Source: Candidatus Latescibacterota bacterium (GTDB lineage Bacteria > Latescibacterota > UBA2968 > UBA8231). From it: a stretch of DNA of 64,000 bases. The translations under genes and the position numbers were made by a program. This document shows positions 10,602-18,762 of the stretch, piece after piece. Location: positions 32,001 to 96,000 of the forward strand of contig CBDCSU010000005.1 in NCBI GenBank assembly GCA_965221775.1, read 5' to 3'. Every line of letters starts with the position of its first letter. Position 1 is the stretch's first letter. A model generated the notes under the pieces. The model did not search any database. It was given only the letters and a program-made list of their open reading frames with translations, and had not been told where the DNA came from.

Positions 10602-10785
10602 CTCTCTTCCCTGCTGTGCCTGGTGGTTGCCGAATGCGGTCCGCGGCCCGTCTTGCGGGTCGTCCCGCGGGCTGAGACGGGCCTGGGCCCAAAGGGGCCC
10701 GGACAGCGCGCCAAAGGTCGACACTCGAGGCCGGTGGCGCCAGTGCCGGCGCCGCCCGGCGTGGGCGCCATGGGCGAAGTTGTGC

Positions 10786-10834
10786 TTGACACCCCGGTCC
10801 TCCCCTCTATCTTCGTGGGTTTGGCATGCCAAAC
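10786..10834 (+). promoter_or_regulatory. Sigma70-like promoter followed by a perfect 16-bp palindromic operator
   Basis: TTGACA (10786-10791), N16, TATCTT; GTTTGGCATGCCAAAC at 10819-10834. Confidence 0.75.
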
Positions 10835-10896
10835 TGATGCATGGATTATAGATCATCCGGTTGGTGTCAGAATCACATGTATTGCTCAGATTCCGA

Positions 10897-12171
10897 ATGA
10901 TGGCCCGGCCAACCAGGGGTCCTGCGCGGGGCTCCTCGACCGCGGCCGTGGCCGCTCTCCTCTGTCTGGTGACGGTCCGCGGCTCGGCCTCAGGCGAGTC
11001 CCCCGGGGAGACGCCCTTCCAGCTGAGCGGGTACGGCGAGATCAACTACTGGCGGTTCGACTACGGCCCCGACCAGAAGAGCCGGCCCGAGGGCTCGGCC
11101 CCCGACGACCGCGCCCTGATCGACGTGACCCGCCTGGCCCTGGAGCTGGAGGTCGAGCTGCTGCCCCGGGTCGAGCTGGAGGCGGAGGTCGAGTTCGAGC
11201 ACGGGGGGACCGGCGGCGCCATGGAGCTGGAGTACGAGGAGTTCGGCGAGTTCGAGCAGGAGGTCGAGAAGGGCGGCGAGGTGATCCTGGAGGAGCTGTA
11301 CGTGAAGCGCTCCTTCGGCGATCTCCTCGAGCTCGGCGCCGGGCACTTCTACGTCGCCGTGGGGTGGATCTCCAGCCTCTACCAGCCCCTCGATCACTAC
11401 GGCACGGTGCGCCCCGAGGCCGAGACGGCGGTGATCCCCGCCCTGTGGCACGAGACCGGCGTCGAGGCTTCGGGCCGCCTGCGGCGGTGGCGCTGGCGGC
11501 TGCAGCTGATCAACGGACTCGATGCGACCGGTTTCAGCTCCCAGCGGTGGGTCGCCGGCGGCCACCAGCTGCGCTTCGAGCAGGTCCGGGCCGACCGCCT
11601 CGCCATGGTGGGCCGGGTGGACTTCGAGCCCGTCCGCGGTGCGCTGGTGGGCGTCTCCCTCTACCGGGGCGACAGCGCCGGCAACCGCCCCAAGCCGGAC
11701 CTCAAGGGCACCGATGCCCACGTCACCATCGCCGAGGTGCACGCCCGCCTCGACCGGGACCGCCTGCGGGCGACGGGACTCTTCCTCCGCGGGCATCTGG
11801 AGAACGCCGCCGCCGTGAGCGCCCGCAACCGCACTCTCTCCAACAACCTCGAGGTGCTGCGCAGCCCCGTGGCCAGCGCCGCCCACGCCCTCTGGCTCGA
11901 GGCCGGGTACGACATCCTGCCGTGGCTGGCCGCCCGCCCCGGCGAGCGCCTCGACCTCTTCGCCCGCCTCGACGACTACGACACCATGGCCGAGGTGCCG
12001 GAGGGGTTCTTCGACAACCCCCGGTTCGACCGGCGGGTGTACACGGTGGGCCTCAACTACGCCGCCGCCGGCAAGCTGGTGCTCAAGGCCGACTACGCCA
12101 TGCGCCGGCTCGGGGCGGCGCGTTTCAACGACGAGAACACCCTGGGCCTGGCCCTCGGATTCCAGTTCTGA
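10897..12171 (+). CDS. Outer-membrane porin-like beta-barrel associated with imelysin
   Basis: Signal peptide, GYGEINY, EVEFEHGG, C-terminal beta-signal LGFQF; first gene of the imelysin/DHOR operon. Confidence 0.8.
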   Translation: MMARPTRGPARGSSTAAVAALLCLVTVRGSASGESPGETPFQLSGYGEINYWRFDYGPDQKSRPEGSAPDDRALIDVTRLALELEVELLPRVELEAEVEFEHGGTGGAMELEYEEFGEFEQEVEKGGEVILEELYVKRSFGDLLELGAGHFYVAVGWISSLYQPLDHYGTVRPEAETAVIPALWHETGVEASGRLRRWRWRLQLINGLDATGFSSQRWVAGGHQLRFEQVRADRLAMVGRVDFEPVRGALVGVSLYRGDSAGNRPKPDLKGTDAHVTIAEVHARLDRDRLRATGLFLRGHLENAAAVSARNRTLSNNLEVLRSPVASAAHALWLEAGYDILPWLAARPGERLDLFARLDDYDTMAEVPEGFFDNPRFDRRVYTVGLNYAAAGKLVLKADYAMRRLGAARFNDENTLGLALGFQF

Positions 12172-12202
12172 AGCAGACTCACCTCAAACGGGAGAGCATC
12201 CC

Positions 12203-13276
12203 ATGGCACATCGCCTGATCCACCTCGCCCTCACGGCGGCCCTCGTCCTCGGTCTGGCGGCCTGCGGCGACGACGACGACGACGTCGTCGGCCCCGGCAG
12301 CGAGGCGTACGACTTCGGGCCGGTCCTGTCCGACTTCACCAACAACGTGGTCATCCCCACCTACCGGGACCTCGATGCCGCGGCGGGGGCCCTGGCCGAT
12401 GCCGTGGCCGCCCTGCGGGAGAACCCCGGCGACGCCACCCTCACCGCCGCCCGCGACGCCTGGGTCGCCGCCCGCATCCCCTGGGAGGCGAGCGAGGGCT
12501 TCCTCTTCGGCCCCGTCGACTTCAACGGCTACGATCCGGCCCTCGACAGCTGGCCCGTCAACCGCACCGACCTCGACGGCGTCATGGCCAGCGACAACGA
12601 CCTCGGAACCGAGTACGTGGACGGCCTCGACGGCACCCTGAAGGGCTTCCACACCATCGAGTACCTGCTGTATGACGAGGGCGGCAGCAAGACCGCCGCC
12701 GATTTCACCGGGCGCCAGTTCGACTACCTCGTGGCCAGCACCCGGCTCCTGGCGCAGACGGCGGAGGCCCTGCACTCCAGCTGGGTCCCCTCGGGCGGGA
12801 ACTTCGGGGCCAAGGTCATCGAGGCCGGCTCCGGCAGCGACGTCTACCCCTCGCAGCGGTCGGCGGCGCAGGAGATCGTCAACGGCATGGTCGGGATCTG
12901 CGACGAGGTGGCCAACGGCAAGATCGCCGATCCCTTCACCGAGCAGGACCCCCGGCTCGTGGAGTCCCAGTTCAGCTTCAACTCCCTGGCCGACTTCCAG
13001 AACAACATGCGCAGCGTCTGGAACGCCTATACCGGCGACTACGGCGGCAACGACGGCCGCGGCCTCGACGAGTTCGTCGCCTCGCGCGACAGCGCTCTCG
13101 ACAGCCGCCTGAAGAGCGAGATCCGGGCGTCGATCGACGAGATCGGCCACATCAGCAACCCCTTCCGCGACGCCATCGCCACCGACGCGGCCCAGATCGA
13201 GACGGCGCAGCAGGCGATCGCCAAGGTGCAGCAGACCCTCGAGGGGGATGTCCTGCCCCTGGTGCTCGCCGAGTAG
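12203..13276 (+). CDS. Imelysin/IrpA-like (M75) iron-regulated lipoprotein
   Basis: Lipobox LAAC, LDSWP, GFHTIEYLL (GxHxxE), ESQFSFNS. Confidence 0.9.
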   Translation: MAHRLIHLALTAALVLGLAACGDDDDDVVGPGSEAYDFGPVLSDFTNNVVIPTYRDLDAAAGALADAVAALRENPGDATLTAARDAWVAARIPWEASEGFLFGPVDFNGYDPALDSWPVNRTDLDGVMASDNDLGTEYVDGLDGTLKGFHTIEYLLYDEGGSKTAADFTGRQFDYLVASTRLLAQTAEALHSSWVPSGGNFGAKVIEAGSGSDVYPSQRSAAQEIVNGMVGICDEVANGKIADPFTEQDPRLVESQFSFNSLADFQNNMRSVWNAYTGDYGGNDGRGLDEFVASRDSALDSRLKSEIRASIDEIGHISNPFRDAIATDAAQIETAQQAIAKVQQTLEGDVLPLVLAE

Positions 13277-13281
13277 AGGGG

Positions 13282-14688
13282 TTGGTTGTTCCCGGGGGGC
13301 GGCCATCGGGCCGCCCCTGGTACGCCGGCGCCCTCCTGTTGCTGGGCGCCTGCGGCGACGGCGGCCCCTCCGGACCGGAGCCGGACCCGGCTGCGGACAA
13401 GGCCCTGTCCGGGGGGGCCGCCACCGTCTTCGACGCCGCCAGCACCGCCTTCGAGAACCCACTGCCCGGTCTCGACGGCGAGCAGTTGTCCCGCTTTCTC
13501 GACGGGGACGCCGACTTCGAGGCGATCTTCGTCAGCGCCCCCGCCGAGGTCAACGGCGGCCTCGGTCCGGTCTTCAACCAGACCTCCTGCGCCGGCTGCC
13601 ACGGCCGCGACGGGCGCGGCCGCTCGGGGTTCGGAGCGACCTCGCCCTTCATCGGCTCCTCCCTCATGCGGGTCAGCCTTCCCGGCGCCGGCTCCGAGCA
13701 TCCAGGCGCCCCGGCGCCGGTGCCGGGGTTCGGCGTGCAGATCGGCGACCGGGCGATCTTCGGGGTCACTCCCGAGGCGCGCGTGGAGGTGAGCTACTTC
13801 GAGGAGCAGGGCCGCTTCGACGACGGCGGGACCTACACCCTGCGGCACCCGACCTACCACATCATCGACCCCTACACGGAGTGGCCCGCGGGGGTGCTCA
13901 CCTCGGCGCGCATGGCGCCTCCCGTCTTCGGCCGGGGCCTGCTGGCGGCGGTGGAGGAAGCCGAGATCCTGGCCCTCGCCGACCCGGGGGACGCCGACGG
14001 GGACGGCGTCTCGGGGCGCCCCAACCACGTCTTCGACGTGGCCGCCGGGCGCACGGTCCTCGGCCGCTTCGGGTGGAAGGCCAACAACCCCACCCTGCTG
14101 CAGCAGGTGGCCGCCGCCTACAGCCAGGACATGGGCATCACCACCCCTTACTTCCCGCGCGAGTCGGCCGCCGGCCAGCCCCAGGCCGACGGCCTCACCG
14201 ACGACCCCGAGCTGCCCCGGGAGATCCTCGACGACGTCGTGTTCTACATCGCCACCCTCGCCGTCCCCGCCCGTCGCGGCCTGGACGACCCCGAGGCCCT
14301 GCGCGGCGAGGAGCTGTTCGAGACCGCCGGCTGCGCCACCTGCCACGTGCCCACCCTGCGCACCGGGCCGGACGAAGTCGCCGACCTGTCGAACCAGGTC
14401 ATCCATCCCTACACCGACCTGCTGCTCCACGACATGGGGGACGAGCTGGCCGACGACCGCCCCGACTACGAGGCCGACGGGCGCGAGTGGCGGACGCCGC
14501 CCCTGTGGGGCATCGGCCTGACGGCGACGGTGAACGGCGTCCCCGCCTACCTCCACGACGGCCGCGCCTCCACCCTCATGGAGGCGATCATGTTCCACGG
14601 CGGCGAGGGCGAGAAGTCGAGAGAGGCGGTGAGGCGGATGAGCGCCGCGGAGCGCAAGGCGCTGATCGCCTTCCTCAACTCGTTGTAG
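13282..14688 (+). CDS. Di-heme oxidoreductase (DHOR/DUF1111) lipoprotein
   Basis: GLGPVFNQTSCAGCH, GRFGWKA, CATCH, YTDLLLHDMG, WRTPPLWG, LHDGRA. Confidence 0.92.
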   Translation: MVVPGGRPSGRPWYAGALLLLGACGDGGPSGPEPDPAADKALSGGAATVFDAASTAFENPLPGLDGEQLSRFLDGDADFEAIFVSAPAEVNGGLGPVFNQTSCAGCHGRDGRGRSGFGATSPFIGSSLMRVSLPGAGSEHPGAPAPVPGFGVQIGDRAIFGVTPEARVEVSYFEEQGRFDDGGTYTLRHPTYHIIDPYTEWPAGVLTSARMAPPVFGRGLLAAVEEAEILALADPGDADGDGVSGRPNHVFDVAAGRTVLGRFGWKANNPTLLQQVAAAYSQDMGITTPYFPRESAAGQPQADGLTDDPELPREILDDVVFYIATLAVPARRGLDDPEALRGEELFETAGCATCHVPTLRTGPDEVADLSNQVIHPYTDLLLHDMGDELADDRPDYEADGREWRTPPLWGIGLTATVNGVPAYLHDGRASTLMEAIMFHGGEGEKSREAVRRMSAAERKALIAFLNSL

Positions 14689-14776
14689 GCTGGGAGGATC
14701 AGCGCCGCTCGGGGCGTGATCCCGAGCCTGGGCCAGGGCGGAGCGTGCTCCCGCCGCGTCTGCAGGGCCCGCGGTG

Positions 14777-15508
14777 TTACCGGGGCGGCAGGGAGACGCG
14801 CAGGTGGCCGGGAGCCCCGAAGTGGGGCGAGGCCTTCAACCCGAGGCCGAGGAACAGCCCCTGCCGCGCCCAGAAGACCAGGGGCCCCGCCTCCGGGGTG
14901 CGCAGGTCCACGCCCCGCGCGTAACCCCGCCCCGGCGCGGGGAGGGTATCCGGGCCCCTCGACTCGGGAAGCCCCGGGGAGCCGTACTCCCACGGGGCGC
15001 GGGCGACGCCGGTGACCACCACCTCTCCTCCCAGCCGCGCGATCCACAGGGACAGCCGCAGGGTCGGGTGCAGGCGCTCCCACTCGCCGCGCAGCTCCAG
15101 GGTCCGGAACCCCGCCTCCGGGAAGTGGGTCACCGACAGGCACCCGGCGGCCACCAGCAGGATGGGGACCGCCGCCATGAGCAGCAGGGCCCGCCGCGGG
15201 GAGGGCAGGCCGAAGGCCAGGCAGAGGGCTCCGGAGAGCGCCAGACCTCCGGCCAGCAGCCCGCCCGCCAGCGCCATCCACTCGGCCTCCGGGTAGCGCT
15301 GCAGGATGGCCAGCTGCACGCGCCCGGTGACCACCAGGGCCGCCGCCAGTCCCAGGCCGAGGCGCACCAGGCACCCGGGCAGGCGGGCCAGCGCGACGAA
15401 GGGGGCCGCGCTCCGGCGCCGCGCCGGCGGGGCCGGGTCGAAGCCGCGGGCGGATCCGGCCTCCGGGAGCTCCCCCGGGGCCGGACGCACCTCCTCCACG
15501 GCGCTCAC
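14777..15508 (-). CDS. Membrane protein with a probable degenerate M15/DD-peptidase-like C-terminal domain
   Basis: Three hydrophobic segments, then LHPTLRL...GVDLRT...GHLRVSL; GTG start overlaps the upstream stop. Confidence 0.55.
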   Translation of the reverse strand: MSAVEEVRPAPGELPEAGSARGFDPAPPARRRSAAPFVALARLPGCLVRLGLGLAAALVVTGRVQLAILQRYPEAEWMALAGGLLAGGLALSGALCLAFGLPSPRRALLLMAAVPILLVAAGCLSVTHFPEAGFRTLELRGEWERLHPTLRLSLWIARLGGEVVVTGVARAPWEYGSPGLPESRGPDTLPAPGRGYARGVDLRTPEAGPLVFWARQGLFLGLGLKASPHFGAPGHLRVSLPPR

Positions 15509-16914
15509 GAGCCGCTCGCGGGCGGGGGGTCGGTCCCCTCGCGGTGGCGGGAATCGATGCGGTCCAGCTTCTCGCTCAGGGCGATCATCACGTCCTGGGT
15601 GTCGGTCATGCGCGACTCGAGGGCGGCGAGGCGGTCCGTGAGGCCCGGGGGGTCCGGCTGGGTACGGCGGCGGACCACGTAGACCGCCCCCAGGCCGACG
15701 GCCAGCCCCAGCAGGCATCCTCCGAGGAGCACGAGCCAGTCGTCGCGTCCGGAGTCCCCCCGCAGTTCCCGCCGCAGGGCCTGCAGCAACTCGTCCTCAC
15801 GAGGACCGGCGTCCGCACCCATGGGACCGCCGGGCGATCCCCACGGAACCGTCCGGTGGTCCCAGGTGGCGGGACCCGGCGCATCGGTCCCGAGCATCCG
15901 CGCATCGGCCCGGGAGATGGCCCCCGCCGCCTGCTCCAGCCTCCGGGCCAGGGGATGGGAATGCGGTCGGGACTGCCTGGCCGCGGCTCTCTCGATCGCC
16001 GCGATCCAGACATCCGGATGCTCTCTCAGCCAGGTCTCCAGGTAAGCCTCCATCGCCTCGGCGTCGAACCCCGCCGACCAGTCCTCCGGCGCCAGCACGA
16101 GACGGCCCACCCGGTCGTCGCCCACCATCTTGATCGACCGCGGGGGCCCCCAGGGCACCCAGGAGGCGGTCTCCTCACAGCAGGCGGTCGGAGTAGGAGA
16201 GACCACGGAACCCCGGGGCGGCCCGTCGCCGTCGACGACGACCACGTCGAAACCGATCATCCCGCCGCCCTCGAGGCGGACCGCCCGGCCGGGGTCGGGG
16301 TTCATCGCCGTATAGCCGTGCCTCGGATCGGTCCGCGGATCGGCCGGCAAGCCGGAGCGCACCTGCACGCCCCACTCGTAGGTGGTGATCCTGCCGTCGC
16401 GGCGCAGCCAGGCGCCGCGGGACCTCCTGTCGACCCGGAGGTTGCGGTGGACCCCCCTGCGGTCGAAGCTGGTATAGGTGACCCGCCCCGGCACGAGGGC
16501 GTACTGGATCGGAGTGTGGTCCGACGACACGAGCCCGGAGACGTAGATCTCGCAGGCGTCGGTCTGTGACACCATCCAGTCCGAATAGAGGATATCGTCG
16601 CGCACCTCCACGGCCACGTAGAGCAGCTGCTCCTCCGGGTCGTACCCCACCCGGAAGGAGGGGCTGAGGTCCTGGCTGGTGTCGAGGTTCGTCGCCTCGG
16701 TGTCGGTGGGGCCGTAGGCGCCGAACTCGTTGCGAATCGGCAGGGACGGCATCTCCGGCGGCCAGTCGGACAGATCCCCGTCGACGGTGATGCCGGAGAG
16801 GGGCAGGGCCAGGGCCAGGTGGTCGGGCAGCTCCGCCCGCGCCAGGGGCGGTCCCGCAAGGCTCAACCCCGCCAGGACGACGGCGAGATGCAGGGGCGGG
16901 CAGGGTCGAGGCAT
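15505..16914 (-). CDS. CBM9/DOMON-like sugar-binding domain protein with C-terminal TM helix and cytoplasmic coiled coil
   Basis: Signal peptide, ITVDGDLSDW, YVAVEVRDD, IGFDVVVVDGD; TM WLVLLGGCLLGLAVGLGAVYVV. Confidence 0.7.
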   Translation of the reverse strand: MPRPCPPLHLAVVLAGLSLAGPPLARAELPDHLALALPLSGITVDGDLSDWPPEMPSLPIRNEFGAYGPTDTEATNLDTSQDLSPSFRVGYDPEEQLLYVAVEVRDDILYSDWMVSQTDACEIYVSGLVSSDHTPIQYALVPGRVTYTSFDRRGVHRNLRVDRRSRGAWLRRDGRITTYEWGVQVRSGLPADPRTDPRHGYTAMNPDPGRAVRLEGGGMIGFDVVVVDGDGPPRGSVVSPTPTACCEETASWVPWGPPRSIKMVGDDRVGRLVLAPEDWSAGFDAEAMEAYLETWLREHPDVWIAAIERAAARQSRPHSHPLARRLEQAAGAISRADARMLGTDAPGPATWDHRTVPWGSPGGPMGADAGPREDELLQALRRELRGDSGRDDWLVLLGGCLLGLAVGLGAVYVVRRRTQPDPPGLTDRLAALESRMTDTQDVMIALSEKLDRIDSRHREGTDPPPASGS

Positions 16915-16931
16915 AACTGTTCTCCGGGGGG

Positions 16932-17300
16932 TCAGGCCAGGTGTCCGTAGCGGCGCCGGTCCAGCTTGTCGGCCATATCTATCATGACTCCCTGAAGATC
17001 GGTCAACTGCCGGTCGATGCGGTCCATGCGGCCCCGCAGCTCCTCGGACCGGGATCCGGCCGCCGCCTCGGCCGGCATCCACGCCGAGAGCCGCAGGCCG
17101 CCGGCGTCGGTGAAGGCCCCGCAGAGGATGAGGATCAGGTCGATGAGCGACCAGATGCCGAAGCCTCCGAGGGTGAGCACCATCAACAGGCCGGTGCCCA
17201 TCTTGCCGACGTAGAACCGGTGCGCGCCGATCCAGCCGAGGAAGAAGCAGAGCAGCGCCGCCGCCAGGCGCGAACGAGTGGAGTGCTCGGAGCCGGTCAT
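16932..17300 (-). CDS. TM2 domain membrane protein
   Basis: SRLAAALLCFFLGWIGAHRFYVGKMGTG...WSLIDLILI. Confidence 0.92.
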   Translation of the reverse strand: MTGSEHSTRSRLAAALLCFFLGWIGAHRFYVGKMGTGLLMVLTLGGFGIWSLIDLILILCGAFTDAGGLRLSAWMPAEAAAGSRSEELRGRMDRIDRQLTDLQGVMIDMADKLDRRRYGHLA

Positions 17301-18028
17301 CGGGAACCCTCCCCTGTCTTTTCGCCGCGCGGGCGCAGGGCGGCCAACTCTTCATCGACCCGCCGGCGCATCTCGAGTTCCTCGAAGCGGCGCCCGAGGA
17401 CGCCGTCCTCCCCGAGAAGGGTGCGGCGCGCCTCGGCCGAGGCCTCCCCTGCCACCTCGGCCAGTTCCAGGCGCTGGCGCATGCGGTCGAACTCGCTGCG
17501 GTTGTGCTCCAGGCGCTGCCCCAGGCGGTCGAACTCGGCCGCCGGATCGCCTTCGAGATCGTCGCGCCGGAAGCCCACCTGGCGGCTGGCGCGGATGCGC
17601 GCGATCAGGGCGGCCTGGCGGTTGCGGGCCTCCTCCAGCTCCTGGCGCAGGGTCACCAGCTGACCCCGCAGCTGCGACGCCGTCCGGCGCCCCTCCTCGA
17701 GGGCCGGCTCGATGTCGTCGGCCGCCTGGTCGCTGAGCACCTTGCGGGCCAGCACCTGGCGGGCCAGCTCCTCGTCGCCGGCATCGAGGGCCTGGCGGGC
17801 CCGGCGCTCCAGCCGGCGGCTGCGCTCGCGGTGCTCCTCCTGGTCCTTCTCCAACCGGCGCTGGCCGGCCACGGCGGCGCCGGTGGCGCTGACGACCCGG
17901 TCGACCTCGGCCTCCATGTCGCGCACCATCTGGCGCACCATCCTCTCCGGGTCCTCCAGGTGATCGAGCAGGTCGTGGACGTTCGACCTGACGATACCGG
18001 AGATCCGGGACAACGTCGATTTGACCAT
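17297..18028 (-). CDS. pspA: PspA/IM30 (ESCRT-III-like) phage shock protein
   Basis: LSRISGIVRSNVHDLLDHLEDPERM...ALDAGDEELAR...VDEELAAL; GGAGG RBS before ATG at 18028. Confidence 0.9.
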   Translation of the reverse strand: MVKSTLSRISGIVRSNVHDLLDHLEDPERMVRQMVRDMEAEVDRVVSATGAAVAGQRRLEKDQEEHRERSRRLERRARQALDAGDEELARQVLARKVLSDQAADDIEPALEEGRRTASQLRGQLVTLRQELEEARNRQAALIARIRASRQVGFRRDDLEGDPAAEFDRLGQRLEHNRSEFDRMRQRLELAEVAGEASAEARRTLLGEDGVLGRRFEELEMRRRVDEELAALRPRGEKTGEGSR

Positions 18029-18071
18029 CTCTGCCTCCAGTTCGCTCCCGAGGGGTTTGCTTGCTTCCTGA

Positions 18072-18087
18072 TGCAATCCGGGTGCCA
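18072..18087 (-). promoter_or_regulatory. Sigma54 (-24/-12) promoter of the psp operon
   Basis: TGGCAC-CCGGA-TTGCA, a consensus match. Confidence 0.88.
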
Positions 18088-18198
18088 TCGCCTCCCCCAT
18101 TGGGGAAGACGAGACTCAACTTGCTGTCATACAGTCCATTGCAGGGAAAACCGCATGCTTGTCGGAAGGTGGCGGACCGGCTGGATCCGCCATCTCGA

Positions 18199-18213
18199 TG
18201 GCGGATTTCGCCA
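18199..18213. promoter_or_regulatory. Candidate enhancer (UAS) for a PspF-like activator
   Basis: Imperfect palindrome TGGCGGATTTCGCCA about 110-125 bp upstream of the sigma54 promoter; a second dyad at 18168-18194. Confidence 0.5.
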
Positions 18214-18318
18214 CCGGCGGACAGCGGATGGGGGAGCGAGGCCGCCCCGGGGTCTCGCCTCCGAGGCTTCCTCCTCGGGCCGCCCCTCCCCGCGCCGGCA
18301 GCCGATCCCGCGCAGGGA

Positions 18319-18553
18319 TCAGCCGGGGTACCCGGCCTCGCACAACCCCTGTCCGCCCCCGGTGACGGCCGGGGCCGGACCCAGGGTGCCCCGCGCCCGC
18401 CGCTTCTGCACCCAGGGCGTCTCCACGCCGTACTTGCGGCACAGCCGTCCGAAGCTGCGCAGGGTGATGCCGAGGGCGGCGCAGGCCTCCTGGGTTGCTC
18501 TTGTACATGCGGGCGACGCGCTCGATCGTCGCCTTGTCGAATCCCCGATTCAC
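18319..18553 (-). pseudogene. Small Fis-like HTH protein with a +1 frameshift
   Basis: MNRGFDKATIERVARMYKSN / QEACAALGITLRSFGRLCRKYGVETPW; removing one C from the run at 18492-18494 joins the frames; RBS AGGAGGGAG. Confidence 0.65.
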
Positions 18554-18618
18554 GGCTCCCTCCTGGTGAAGGATGGACGCCGGGGCCGGTCCCCGGCGAC
18601 TGAGGTCGAGGACGGTAC

Positions 18619-18634
18619 AGCAACCCTCGTGCCG
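18619..18634 (-). promoter_or_regulatory. Second sigma54 promoter, upstream of the small HTH gene
   Basis: CGGCAC-GAGGG-TTGCT. Confidence 0.7.
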
Positions 18635-18762
18635 GCCGCCGCGGGAAGCCTGCCTCAGAGAGCGGACCGGGAAGGAGCCTTCGGAGAGCGTTGCAGCGGT
18701 GGCCGCATCCGCCACCGTCCGGCGGCAGCCGCCGGAAGCGGGAGGGTTCCGCGAAGGGTCTC

